In this document: piece after piece, positions 26,660 to 40,659 of the stretch
Position numbering within the stretch: the stretch's first letter is position 1
Layout of the letters: each line of letters opens with the position of its first letter
Source: Eledone cirrhosa
Taxonomy: Eukaryota
Reading direction: 5' to 3'
DNA: 64,000 bases
Assembly: GCA_964016885.1 (NCBI GenBank)
Contig: OZ024743.1
Span: 279,248,001-279,312,000 of the forward strand
The notes under the pieces: model-generated
What the model was told of the DNA's origin: nothing
Databases searched by the model: none
Seen by the model: only the letters and a program-made list of their open reading frames with translations
Program-made: the position numbers and the translations under genes

Positions 26660-29600
26660 GCATGTTCTTCTGGTTTTATAATTTCCCAATTTTTTTTTCC
26701 CAATAGAGAGAGAGTCGGTTTCTAACACAAGACTCTCTCATTGGAATTTACACAACATCAACTAGATAGATTATGTATGCATGCATGCATGTGTAGATAT
26801 GGATGTTATTGTATGTGTGGATGTGGATGTTTGAGTTGTATATGTGTATGTGTATATGCTTTGTATCTGTATATGTGTATATGCAGTTATTAGATGCAAC
26901 ATTTTTGGAAAGTTTTACATATTTTTACTCTTCCATTAATGGATTGTACATGTAATTTCCTAACTAGTTGTGTTCTTTCTGTTCCTGTGAAGCCTAGCTT
27001 CTCAAGATTTGTATTGAGGCAGTTACTAACATATCCCAGTGCCCCAATAATTACAGCCATAAATCTGAAGGTGTATTCAGAGTGGAGTATCTTCAGATTT
27101 CTCATCAGTTCTGCATAAATATTCTCCTTTTGTCTAATCTTTTATATGATATTGGCATCTGTTGAGCAGCTAACTTCCACTACTGTGCATGCTTTCTTCT
27201 CCCTGTCCCATATCATAATATCTGGTCTGTTATGCCTGCATTTTATTGGAGTTTTTACTGGAATATGCCACCAGTACTCTTTCATATTATGTACATGGAT
27301 GTCTTCCACATTGCTGTAGCTTTTAATGTGTTTAATATCGGTGCTATCTGTTTTACGGATTGTATTGTACAGTGTTGTAGCCACTACATCATGACTCATA
27401 GGTAGATAGCACCGCGATGACATCTTTGGAAAGCTGCTGATGATATGGGTGATATCTTCGATGTTAGTTCTGCAGAGTCTGCACTTGTTATCACATCTAG
27501 GTGTTTTGCCTGTATCCCTATGTCTTTTGTGAATCAGGTATTTCGTGCTAATCTCCAGTTCTTGGATTGCAAAAGCGTATCCTTCAAAGTGGGAGCCAAT
27601 ATAGTGGTTGTTGGTCCAAGATAGACTACTTTCCTTATCTATATTCCTCTCACTCTGGAGCTTCCTGGCAACATATCCATGCATCATTTTTTGCTGATAA
27701 GCATGCAGTTTTTCATCCATGGATTCACTGCGATACTGCTGAGCAACTTCCCTGGGTGTGAGTTTTTGATTATCACACAGGGAATATCTCTCGAAGAGTT
27801 CCTTCCCAACTCGCATGATCTTATCTGTTTCATGCAGATAGACTTGCTCGAGGGACGGGCTCCTACGTTTCGAGGTTCGTAGATATTGTCGGAGGGATAT
27901 GATGTGACATTCAAATGTTGTCTGGACTGATGTTAGGCCTTTGCCTCCCTGCTTACGTTTCAAGTAGAGGCGGTCTATGTCACTGTTAATATGGAAGTTT
28001 CCGGTGTTTTTTAGTATTTTTCGAGTTCCAATATCAACTGCTTGGATTTCGTCTATCGTCCAATTGAGTATTCCGAACGTTGGTATTAGGACAGACACAG
28101 CAAACACATTGTGAGCCACTGTTTTGTTTTGCGCAGAGAGTTCCGATGACCAAATCTTTCTTAATCGGGTGTAGTATTTCCTGTTTACGCGTTCCTTATT
28201 ACATATACCATTATAGAATATGTTCTCATCTATCCCCAGGTATCTGTAGCAGTCCTCATCAGATATCGGTGAAACAGTTAGCCCTTTGATGACAATATTG
28301 CTAGATTGGGTTGTTGTTTTCCCCGCTTTACAGTCATATATGAACATTTATCTTGGCCAAACTCCATTCCTATATCCTTTGAGAACGTTGTAACCAGGTC
28401 AAGATTTTTCTTCATCCCATCCATGGTCTTGGCGTAGAGTTTCAGATCATCCACAAAGAAGTTATGGGTTAGGTTCGTATTTCTGTCCTCCTGTGAGCCA
28501 ATGATGTATTCTTCACATTTCTTGAGCAGAAAGGACAAGGGATTTAATGACAAGATGAACAATATCACAGAGAGACTGTCTCCCTGAAATATACCCCTGC
28601 GATATTTTATTTTATCAGTGAAAATAGAGTCCGCCCTCTGTGTCTTTGGCCTTAGGATAGTAGTCCAAGAAGAAGACAGCTTCTCTATGGCTCTGATAAT
28701 AATGTCTGGGACTTTAGCAGGTTGGAGGGCCTCTATCATCCAAGAGCGGGGAACAGAATCGAAAGCTTTCCTATAGTCCAGCCAGACTGTAGCCATATTC
28801 CTCCTAAGTTGTCGCACCTCCGACATTGCAGTTTTGTTGATTAGGAGTTGTTCAGCACATCCCCAAACCCCTTTCTTTCCAGCTGCTTGTTCATCTGTGA
28901 TGGTGTTATTATTTTCACAGTGATCTTGGAGGAATAGGTTCAGAATAGGTTCAGGCAGACTATATACATCTTATACATCAGGTTCTGGTATGTAATGGAT
29001 CGGTAGTTTTTTGCCAAGTAAGTGTCTTTGTTGTTGGGGAGCAGTAATGTTTCTGCTAATGTCAACCATTCTGGTATAAGTGTATCTCCCTTAAGAACTT
29101 ATTGGTAGAGGTCAGTAAGATACCTCCGATAGAATATCAGTTGTTTGTACCAGTAGCCGACAATCATGTCTCCTCCTGGTGTTTTCTTATCTTGGAGTGT
29201 TCCTATCACATTCTCAAGGGTACCCTCACTTATTTCGTATGTTTTTGTTGTAGTGTAGGAACAATAGTTCTTTCGGATTTCTATTAGCCACACTGCATCT
29301 TGGATGAAATTCTTCTTTTCACCCCATATTTTGCTCCAAAAGGAATCTATGTCTTTCTGCGATTGAGCCTCAGTGACACTTATTATTTTGCCCTTCATAT
29401 CTCTATAGACTGATGGTTTTTTTGTGTTTGTTTGCATGTGAGGAAAATTGTCACATATCCTATGGTTTTTCGTAGGTCAGCAATCTTTTTTTCTATTTAA
29501 GTTATATATGATAGTATTTTTGTTGGTGTGTTGTTCTCGTTAATATCTCTGCTATCACCAAGTTAATGTTGCACTGACGTTGCTAAGGTATATAGACAGA

Positions 29601-30486
29601 CGTTGATCTGCCAAAATGTTGGGGTTTTTATCCATCGTAAATATTCATCCCCTATTTCGTCAATAACCAATAATATTTCATTATTTTGTATTTTACTAAA
29701 TATAGTCGTTTTAATACGTTCAGCAAGAGAAATATTTATACATGAATTAATTTCTCTCTGGAAGATTTCGTTGAGGGAAATTTTCAATTGTTTATACTTT
29801 TGATTATTATCGTTATCGATAGTATTTTCCACAACAGTCGAGGTACACTCGGATGGTACACGTGGTGTCAAATTTCTTACAGGCATACTTGTTTCAAGGC
29901 GCTTTTCGACCTGGCTGTTAGGAAGTCTAGTAGCATGGCGACGTGTAGCACGTGTTGTTGATCCCATGTTTGTTGTGGGGGACTTACAATTAATAATATT
30001 TATCTTATGTTTACGTTCAACAAACGTCGCTTGTTGACGTAAATGTTTCGCTGTGAAATAATTTAGCTCTGGGTGCATTTCGTCCCAGTGTTGCTTCATT
30101 CTGTTCATATAGCCAATGGAGGGATTGTTTTTTGCCATTTTATAACTATTAAATAAATCATCATTGAGTTCACAACACCAAGAGAAATGCGATTTATTAT
30201 TTCGGTTTCTTCTGTAGCTACAACTGAATAAAGCTTGTTTACCTTTCTTGTTTGTCTTCGATACTTCCTTAATTTTTTTGTTGATGTTGTGTTCAGCCAT
30301 GCTGTTTGTAGCAAATCCTTGTAAAATGAATTATGTATTTAGTCGGATATCTCGACGAATTCGAATAAAAGGTGTCTTCAGAAGATATAGTTAGAAGAAT
30401 ACCCAGTTATTCAACATGACTGTAATTGTGGCATTACTGTCGGAGATAGTCTCCCACGCCAAAATATGCGACTGATCGCGTTGACT
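26660..30486 (-). mobile_element. Near full-length R4/Dong-type non-LTR retrotransposon with RLE
   Basis: Single disrupted RT-CCHC-RLE frame, short UTRs, 3' hairpin gagagagtc/gactctctc, (TACA)n-type flanks. Confidence 0.88.
26890..30300 (-). pseudogene. R4-clade RT / CCHC / restriction-like endonuclease, frameshifted
   Basis: W..ELN...GYMNRMKQHW N-terminal domain; WLDYRKAFDSVP, GIFQGDSLS, FVDDLKLY, YRYLG; CRLC...HIIS; NRPDIMIWD...VEVSC; IIGALG. Confidence 0.92.
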
Positions 30487-30607
30487 ATGTATGTATGTAT
30501 GTATGTATGTATGTATGTACGTATGTACGTATGTATGTACATGTAGGTATTTATGCACGTTCGTATATATAAATGTATGTAAATATGTCTATATGTATGC
30601 ACGCATG

Positions 30608-31165
30608 TCTTCTTCTTCGCCCACTTATTCCTGAGAAGGTCGTTGGGACAGAGTCCTCAAACACTCCTTCCAGCGGGTCCTGATAGAAACAACCGTCTGA
30701 TCCGGCTGGATCCTCAAGTGAGAGTAGCCAAGCTCATGGCTGTTATCCAACCATCTTGCTCGGGGTCTACCCCTGGGCTTCTTGCCAGTTGGTTTCGCCC
30801 GCAAAGTAGTCCAGCGATTCTTTCCTGAGACGTTGTAACCACTTGCCTATAGTATCGGTGGTATGATTCCCAATTCGGAGAAGTAGTGGTTCTACATGGA
30901 GTGACTATCTGATTCCGAGCTAGGCATTTTATCGGGTAACCTTACTCCAAAGACCCTTCGTAGGAATCTCATTTCGGCCGCTTGTATTTGCGATCGTATT
31001 CTTTCGGTCATAACACAATATGCATGACCATAGAGAAGGTTTGGCACGAATACTAAATTAAAGATAGCTAGTTTGGCTTTTACAGCTACCCCCCTTCTGA
31101 TTACCGAATGCTGAAGCTGGCGCATTACTGCACCAGCTTTTGAAATTCTTGCACTTAATTCAGGC
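30608..31165 (-). pseudogene. RTE LINE 3' fragment with (GAA)n tail
   Basis: AKLAIFNLVFVPNLLYGH...RSQIQAAEMRFLRRV. Confidence 0.85.
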
Positions 31166-32281
31166 TACATATATGTATATAGGTCTGTAAGTACGTATGT
31201 AGGTATGTGAGCATGTATGTATACATATTTTATTGAGCGACTAGAAGCCCAATTCCTCACAGTAACTGGCCAGTTACATCTCCATCGATGCGAAACTGGC
31301 TAGTCACTGCATGGAAGAGCACGTTCAAGGGCCTTAACTGCTAATATATATTACATATTCTACGGGCACATTGAATTTTCTTTCTCATAGAGCTAGCCAT
31401 TCCTCATATTACGTATTCATACTAACACATACACGCACAAACAAACACGATAACACACACATGCACATACTTGAATATGTGACTGTGAAAGTGAGAGAAT
31501 GTCTGTACGTATACATGGATGTTTGTACATGTGTGTCCGTGTATGTAACTATGGGTGTGTGTGTGTGTGTATGCGTGTGTGTCTGTATGTGTGTGTTCGT
31601 GTGTGCGAATAAAACTAACATGTAGCATATTTCTTAGTAAATTGTTATTTTTTTTCCTATCAGCCAGTCAGAGTTGTTTCGATATTTCGTCAATAAGAAT
31701 CCTTCATTGGTCTTTGACGAATACTGTAACTTTAGCTCGGCTCAAACATCAAAGACATTTTTATTATTTACCGCCTCTCTTATTGATTTTCAGTCAGAGA
31801 CCTCACTTTGAACTGCCGCCTGCTATACACACACCACTAGATAGACACACACATACGGTTGTACATGCATGCATATATATACACACACACATATACATAC
31901 ATACACACACACACACATACATACATCGATACATACATACGTACATATATACGTACATACATGCATACATACACAGATGGATGCATACATACAAACAGAT
32001 ATATACATACGTACTTACATGCCATGCCTAAACATGAATACATATGCTCATAAATGCATACATGCACATGTAGGTACATGCATATATATGCACATATATG
32101 CATACCTGCATATGGAAATGCATATATTCTTACATTTACACACATAATTCTATCGATACATATAAATACTTGCTTGCAACTCTCTCACTTTCTCCCTCTC
32201 GCTCATTCTTTCTCTCCCACTTTCTCCCCCTCCCTCCTCTCTCTCTGTCTCTGCATATATATGTATATATATATATATACA

Positions 32282-32374
32282 CACACGTTTTGGGGCGTAG
32301 AATTTATCTGAATATGATAGTAGAAAGCACACTAATATATAAACAGTCAGATATCCAGACACCCCCCCCCCCCC

Positions 32375-32426
<52 letters not shown>

Positions 32427-32502
32427 TGGATATCTGACTGTTTATATATTAGTGTGTTTTCTACTATCATATTCAGATAAATTCTACGCCCCAAAATGTG
32501 TG
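32282..32502. repeat. ~80-bp inverted repeat around a microsatellite spacer
   Basis: 32282-32361 is the reverse complement of 32422-32502; degraded third copy at 32540-32600. Confidence 0.85.
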
Positions 32503-32503
32503 A

Positions 32504-32536
<33 letters not shown>

Positions 32537-32662
32537 TATTTGTCTGTATATATGACTGTTTATATATTAGTTAGTTTTCTACAATCATTTACAGATAAAT
32601 TATATATATATATAAATATAAAGAGAGAGCCAGAGAGAGGGAGAGTGTGAGAGAGAGAGAGA

Positions 32663-32742
<80 letters not shown>

Positions 32743-33205
32743 GAAAGAGAGACAGAGATACAATGAACTCGCATACAGATATGCATACATTCATTCGGAT
32801 GCAGACGATATTCACTGGCATACGTTTACACACACATTTAACGTTTGCTCACGATCACATTCATATAGAAAAAGCCTTCATATATATATGTGTTCGTGTG
32901 TATGGGTGCGCGTGTGTGTGTATGTACGAGAGCGTGTGTAATATAATACATCCATGTTTATGGGCGCACGAAACTTTCTACACACACATTTAGATACATA
33001 CATCTACATATATGTATTCATATGGGTATGTATACAGATGACACAAACCCGGAAAAAAGATGATACAAACCTACAGATATATATATATATATATATATAT
33101 ATACACGTGTTTTTGCGAGCAGAAATGTATATAAACATACACATATAATTACAATCATACACATATAACTACAAATGCATGTGCAAATACATAGAACACA
33201 ATTTC

Positions 33206-33265
<60 letters not shown>

Positions 33266-33310
33266 ATAATAATAAAATTGAAGACTAAAATCCAATAATC
33301 TGTTATTTTA

Positions 33311-33356
<46 letters not shown>

Positions 33357-33868
33357 GTGCTGGCACACTCATACATATATGGGAATACATATATACACAC
33401 GTACAGGCACATACCCGAACACAACAACACACATGGTAGCACACATTGTTTTAAGCGAAGACCGTAAACATATATGCAAGTAAAGGCATTCACAGACTAA
33501 CACATATGGTGTTTAGTTAAGGATTGAAGTGCGACACGGTCAGAGACAGAGAAGAGAGTGAGAGTAAATTATTATAAAATCTGAAACCAGATACAAATCC
33601 TTTCAATTGAAGGCACCCAAATACCACATGGTAGAGATATACCGGGAAACTAATCATGTCTTCCATACAAGTAAACCACAATAGGATTTGAACTGGGATA
33701 ATGACGAACAGGAACTTCTCTCTCTTTCTTACCTTACCCCTCTCTCTCTCTCGCTTTCTCTCTCTCTCCCTCGCTCTCTCTCTCTCGCCTTCTCTATCTC
33801 GCTTTCTCTCTCTCCCTCTCCCCCTCTGTCTCTCTCCTACTCTCTCTCTCTCTATATATATATATATG

Positions 33869-33966
<98 letters not shown>

Positions 33967-34072
33967 CATACATACACATATATTTATATACATACACATA
34001 TATTTATATACTACTTACACCCACCGTATATCCATACGCACACGCTTACAGACACACAGACACTCATATAAC

Positions 34073-34103
<31 letters not shown>

Positions 34104-34299
34104 GTGTGTGTGGGGAGGAGTGTATGCATGTGGATGTGCATGTGCAAGTGTGTGTGTTCCCATCCGTGTGTATATCTACGTAATAACTACATTCTGTCTC
34201 TTTCTCTCTCTTTATATTTTGCCACCGCCACCGCCACCAGTGTCGCTATTTAGACATTGCACTCATATGTTATTTCTCCTGCCCATTTTTCTTGTTTTC

Positions 34300-34620
34300 T
34301 TTATACCACACCTCTCTCTCTCTCTCTTTCTTCCCTCTGTTTCCCCTCTCTCCCCTCTCTCTCTCTTTCTTCCCTCTGTTTCCCCTCTCTCCCCTCTCTC
34401 TCTCTTTCTTCCCTCTTTCTCCACTCACTCTCCCACCTCTCTCCTTTCCCCACTCACTCTCCCACCTCTCTCCTTTCTCCCTCCTCTCTCCCCCTCTCTC
34501 CTTTTTCCCTCCTCTCTCCCCTCTCTTTCTCCTCTCTCCCCTCTCTCTCTCTTTCTTCCCTCTCTCCCCTCTCTCTCTCTCCTACTTTCTCTCTTATTTC
34601 TCTCTCCCCTCTTCTCTCTA
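34300..34620. repeat. CT-rich low-complexity tract / minisatellite
   Basis: Repeated ctctctttcttccctctgtttcccctctctcc units. Confidence 0.9.
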
Positions 34621-35431
34621 GATCTATATACCCCTAGCTATCTTACTCTCTATATATATCAGCCGCTCTCTCTCACATCACTCTGTTATATTCGTAAACA
34701 AAGCTGGTATTTTATCAGATCTGCTGCCAACATTGCAATATTCGTTTAAGAAATTTCAGCGGAAAAAAATATACGTCCTCTGTTCCATCATACAGGAATA
34801 TGTGTGTGTGTATATGTGTACATCTATGTATGTTTTTGTGAGTATGTTTATGAAAGAAAATATATGCGTTTGCTTGCATATAACGGTGTGATTATTTGTA
34901 GAAAATAAAAAGCAATAAAAATAAAAATAAATAAAAGAACTGTTACAAATATCGATGAGGTCAGCTGATGAATCTCCACCATTTGTACATGGGAAAAAGA
35001 AGAAAAAAAGCTGAATTAAATGAGAAATATGGAAGCAAATACAGCAAGATTATAGAACTGAGCTGAGACCTAGGTCAAACTATAAAGAATAGCTCCCCAA
35101 CAGAAAGCGTAACAACAGCAGCAACAACAACAACAAAAAGCATTACAACAGCAATAGCAACTACCAAAACAGAAAGCATTTGAACAGCACAAATTCTGAC
35201 TTTTACAAAAACCATCACAATAACAACGAAAACAATTATAACAAAAGTAAATGTGTCGATTGTCGAATCAGACCTAAAAACAATGTTTCCATGTCTGATA
35301 CTACTTGCCAGTCGCAAAACGTGACAGAAGAAACAAAGTGAAATGAAGTATTTTGCTCAAGAACAATCGTGAGTCCAACACTCTAACCACTAGACCAACG
35401 GAAATCATTATAACAACAACAACAATAAATA

Positions 35432-35615
35432 TAATTGTTTCTACTTTTGGCACAAGGCTAGCAATTACTCCCATTGCATTAGTGGTGCTTTATTTTATCG
35501 ACTACGTAAGGTTGAAAGACAAAGCTAATCTCGGCGGGGTTTGAACTCGGAACGTAAAGGGCCATAACTCTATGCTACAAATCATGGTATCTGACGCTCT
35601 ACCGATACTGCCAAT
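35432..35615 (-). mobile_element. tRNA-derived SINE
   Basis: Same family, more diverged. Confidence 0.88.
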
Positions 35616-35979
35616 CAACCGACCAATAAATATAATACTAACTGTTGTCCCTTCAACACCTAACGTACACATTTTGTTTGCAAAATTCAACATATTAAAT
35701 CTCCAACAATATCTACAAGTGTAACTACACTTCATCTTTCCTATACTGGGTGGTGTTGTTGGTGCTCGGGCTGCTGCTACTAGCCAATGGGGGAACATTT
35801 TTACTTCGTCTTTTCACCAAGTAGAAATAGTAGACAAACATCTTATTCAATTAGCTACTGTCTTAAAAACAAGGAAGGTGCATATTGTAAAATGTATTCA
35901 AGAATATAAAAGAGAAGTTGTGACCAAGAAAGGAATACTTGTGGTATACAACAACAATAACAACAGTAAAAATAAGAGA

Positions 35980-35980
35980 A

Positions 35981-36042
<62 letters not shown>

Positions 36043-36157
36043 ATCTGCTGCTGCTTCTACTAATACTAATGTTCCTGATTCTGTTGCAGCTGCTACTAAT
36101 ACTACTGTTGTTGCTTCTGCTGCAGCTGCTACTACTACTGCTGCTACTACTACTACA

Positions 36158-36188
<31 letters not shown>

Positions 36189-36251
36189 CTTCTTCTTCTT
36201 CTTCTTCTTCTTCTTCTTCTTCTTCTTCTTCTGCTGCTGCTGCTGCTGCTG

Positions 36252-36327
<76 letters not shown>

Positions 36328-36328
36328 A
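35980..36328. repeat. Compound trinucleotide microsatellite (TAC)n/(TTC)n/(TGC)n
   Basis: Directly visible. Confidence 0.97.
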
Positions 36329-36559
36329 TAAATGATCAATGTACCATCTACATTTTCGATTGTCCAGACCTTGCAAAAGAGATTATCGTCATAAACATAA
36401 CCGAATGTGTAGCTTTGCAGCTAGATACATTAAGCACGTTAGAATGGTTTGGTCTTGAGAGAAGTGGTTGGCCATAGAGTTCGTAACAACAGCTCGCAAG
36501 ACTTGTGGGTTCAATGTAGATAACGTTCATCTTGAACATCTATAATATAACGGCTACGA

Positions 36560-36860
36560 AAACAAAAAGAATATACAATCAAAAGCATACCTGATACATG
36601 GAAAGAATACTAGTGGTATGACGGTCTGGGAAGAAATGACCGGGAAAGTTGATATTTCGGAAGCTAGAGCTGGTTGACATGCTGCGATTGATGAGAGAAA
36701 AAGTGAGGTGTGGAGGCAAACGGCACGAGATCAACCAGCCCCAATAGCTGGGGCCATTGTAGTTGCGATAGAAAAGGCAGAAGGAGGAGACATGATTGTG
36801 GGCGTGTTTGGAGTTTGTTGAAAAGCATATTCATGCCAACATATCATGTACCCTTTGGAT
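36560..36860 (-). pseudogene. CR1/L2/Jockey-group LINE C-terminal relic
   Basis: VSSFCLFYRNYNG resembles the VASLxLFYRYY C-terminal LINE motif. Confidence 0.5.
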
Positions 36861-36897
36861 GCGATGTAGTATACTTATATATATAATAGCAGCACTA

Positions 36898-37122
36898 TTT
36901 GCGATCATATCAGTTATCAATCCTGTACAAATCTCAAGTGAATATAGTACTCAAATAGTTGTTTCTACGTTTGGCACAGGCCAGTAATTACCCCAGTGCA
37001 TTAAATAAAGTACCAGTAATTCACTGGGGAAATTGCTGGCCTTGTGCCAAACGCAGAAACAACTATTTGAGTACTATATACTCTTGAGATTTGTACAGGA
37101 TTAATAACTGATATGTTCCGAA
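36898..37122. repeat. Inverted duplication of a SINE 3' end plus flank
   Basis: ~105-bp arms with a ~15-bp spacer. Confidence 0.85.
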
Positions 37123-37569
37123 ATTAAGACTGGTAAAGTTAACGAAGATGGAATAAGAACTATAATTTATATGGTTGTCATTAAATAACTGAATAAAGAT
37201 GTACTTCCCCAGGTTTAAATGCCAAGATACGCTGTACATCACTACGGCCAGTAGTTAAAATATAATAAAAACTGGAACTCAATAGATCAAGGTGTAATAT
37301 ATGATGTGTATGAAACATTGATTATTTCAAATTTCAAGTTCATATGAGTTTTCTGCATTTCTTTCATGTAGCAATTTTTGGTCAAAGACATCTTGACATC
37401 TAGAAGAATGTCAATAAATATCTCACACAAGTAAGTGAGAAGGTTACTCAAGTATGTATGTATGTATGCCGTTTGTATAAACCTATATATCTAACTATCT
37501 CTCACTCCCTCTTTTTTTCTTTCTCTCTCTTTCTCTCCCTTTCCTTTTCTCTCTCTCTCACTCAATCGC

Positions 37570-37645
<76 letters not shown>

Positions 37646-37679
37646 CTGTATGGTTGCATCAAATATATATATATATAGT

Positions 37680-38365
37680 ATGGGGAGGGGGGGGGGGGGT
37701 AACGTGCTCGGATGTTGGGTTTGAATAGTTTTTAGGATTCCCCAGTTCAGCAGCCAGTACGTTACAGAAAATTGATAGTTACAACAATAAAGGCTGAACA
37801 AAGAACACATTTTTTAACAAACTTTACAATAATTTGTACAACCATAATGGAAATTCCAAGTAACAGAAAATAAATACATTACATTGTTAGAGCCTAAGAG
37901 TATACAATATGTTTTGTTCGGCCCTCGGGAGCAAAGATGAAGAGATTGTTTGGCGAGCTCACCCCAGATCATCCTACATACAATTGACCATGGGAGAAGC
38001 ATGGTTTTCCCAGAATAAGGTCAGCCACTTCAGGGTTTGACCCTGAGCTTTGTTGGTGGTAATCGCCATGGTTAGTCTCTCTGCTACTCTAGTAACATTT
38101 TTTCTTCTGGAAAATCTGATCTTGCAGCCAGGCTGGGACATTTTGGGTGGCATATCGACAGTAACAATGACGATAAGCTGTCTGTGCTTTCGTGAAATAA
38201 ATACGTTTGTTTATATTTTGTTTTTGTGTATGCAAAAATATCTGTACACGAATATATATATATATATATAAATAACAGATTAAAGTTTAAGCAAATAATC
38301 GCTGCTTTCACCCTTAACGGGATCTTCTGAAACTAAAAAAAATCAATCTGTGAACGCAAAAGTAA
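37680..38365 (-). mobile_element. Internally deleted Helitron, same family as 13970-15015
   Basis: Homologous termini; MAITTNKAQGQTLK...PCFSHGQLYVG helicase motifs. Confidence 0.85.
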
Positions 38366-38371
38366 AATATA

Positions 38372-38776
38372 TATATGAAAATAGGAAGAAAAGGACGATT
38401 ATTAGGAAGAAAAATATTTATTTTTCCCTTTTATTTTCTTCTCTTTTTTCAGGGTTAGAAAATGTTTAAAACAAAATATTTTACTTTGTGTGATGTGTTA
38501 AGGTATTAGTTAATTTATTTATCAACTAACAATGGCATTTATTTGTTTATATATTTAATTACCTGTTTCTGCATTTTATGCATTATCGAAAGAAGAGGGG
38601 GAGGATTTGTATTGGTGTAAAATGTTGGTGTTGTTGAAATATATTAACTAAGTCCTTAACAATTCACACAAAGTAAAATATTTTATTTTAGACATTTTCT
38701 AACCCAGAAAAAAAGAGAAAAAAATAAAAGGTAAAAAAATATTTTTCTTCCTAATAATCGTATTTTCCTCCCTATT

Positions 38777-38785
<9 letters not shown>
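38372..38785. repeat. AT-rich inverted repeat (~145-bp arms) between TA tracts
   Basis: 38372-38515 is the reverse complement of 38642-38785. Confidence 0.8.
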
Positions 38786-38829
<44 letters not shown>

Positions 38830-38881
38830 AGAATAAGTAAAAGCGAAGTAGTTTCAGATGTTCAAGTCCTTTAATAATAAT

Positions 38882-38955
38882 GCTATGATATATATTTCAA
38901 TGACGACACTGGCCACACTGTTCTGTATGCGAGTGTCGTCACATCATCAGACAGC
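38882..38955 (-). ncRNA. Type I hammerhead ribozyme
   Basis: GCUGU CUGAUGA UG UGACGACACU..AGUGUCGUCA UU GAA AUAUAUAU C AUAGC; palindromic stem III; AUC site. Confidence 0.85.
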
Positions 38956-39309
38956 TTGTTACATAATAAGGTTGTTTCCGAGGCAATCCAAATTGAATCG
39001 ACATGGCAACGGATGAAGTTCGTGCTTTTGGGTTTTTTATCCGTTCCCTTGTGAGTACCAATTCACCCCCACCGGTCTGCGCAAGCGCATGTCCGAAGGA
39101 AGTTGACCATTAGCACCGCAGATTTCAACGAAATTCGCTGTCAGTGGCCCACCTATGCCTTGCCAAAGTTTACTGCTACCCATCGCTACTGTGGCAGTCA
39201 GCCGAAAGCCAGAGGGGATGGGAGGGTGTTAGTTTTTATAGGTCATAATACTACCTTTCACTAAGCGTTGACAGTAAGACTGACCATCAACTTATATATA
39301 TATATATAT

Positions 39310-40539
39310 ATAAAGGATAACAGGACGATTTATTATTCCTTCATTGCATTTATTGATAGTTGACGCGCGTTTCGCCACTGATCAGCTCAAGATTCGATCT
39401 GTATCGATCCTACCCGACTCAATAATCCGCAGCTCGACGGACCTTCCCAAAATGCGTGTTACACCCCCTAGATATATATATATATATATATTTCACTCTC
39501 TATCTCTATATATCTCTCCCTTAATTTATTTCATCTCTGTCATTCTATTTTATCTTATAATATAACTTAAAGCTAACTAATTAATTTATTTATTAAAATA
39601 ACCAATACACACATATATATATTTAACATTATCATATTTTTACCTTCATATATCTGCATATATTCTAAAAATTCTCAAAAACAAATCTCAATAATTTTAA
39701 TATGTTTAAATATTCTTCGCAAATGTTTACTTCTTTTGCGTCTTTATTTTCATTTTTAATTTTTCACAATTTATACCATTTTATATCACACTAGATGCAA
39801 TTTATTTATTTATTTATTTATTTATCAATTTTTTATATATTTTTTATATATTTTTTATATATTTATTTTTATTTTTATTTTTATTTTATTTACATTTATT
39901 CATATATTAACGTTTATTCTTTATTTTCCCCTCTATTCTTTCTATTCTACGTTATTTTTACTTATGCTTGCCTCTCCTCTGTCTATAATTTTCTTCTCTT
40001 TATATATATCTTTTTCTCTATAATAATTTCTCCTTTTTTTCTTTTGCCTCTTCCTCTTTTCCTTTTTCCTTCTTTTTTTTTTGTTTTTCCTTTCCTTTCT
40101 TTCTTTACTGTATCTATCTCCCTTTCTTCCTTCTTTTTTCTCTGTATATCTTTTTTATTAATATTATTATTGATGATGTAATTTGAATTTGTAAATTTGC
40201 CGGTTTCATATATTTTCAATAACAGTTTCTGAACATCTGACCGAGCTAACATCGTATTTAAAATTGAATGGCACTGCTTCTAGTGTTCAGCAATTTTTAG
40301 ACATGTGAAACAATTGTTAGACTGTAAATAAATCCCCTTTTTTGTACTGTTGACCATGTTATTCTCCATTTTTTCAATTTTACTACTCCAAGATAAACTT
40401 ACATGGGAATACGAGTGAAATTATAAACTCGTCATCTACCTAATCCTCTTGTTGAGTCAAACAACGCCGTACGTTAAAACTATCCATAAGAAATATTCAC
40501 AACCTCTAACTGGATTACCTATAACGATATTTTGTTATC

Positions 40540-40596
<57 letters not shown>

Positions 40597-40659
40597 TAAC
40601 CAATACACACATATATATATTTAACATTATCATATTTTTACCTTCATATATCTGCATAT

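Noticed and set aside
30400-30485. HDV-like ribozyme at the R4 element 5' end
   Set aside because: Only a partial P1 (GUCAAC/GUUGA); no convincing P3, L3 or P1.1
35855-36376. Poly-S/R/E/T ORFs
   Set aside because: Stop-free trinucleotide repeats without coding context
36591-36800. Apparent minus-strand exon ending CAG|GTATGC
   Set aside because: The translation matches a LINE C-terminal motif, not a host gene
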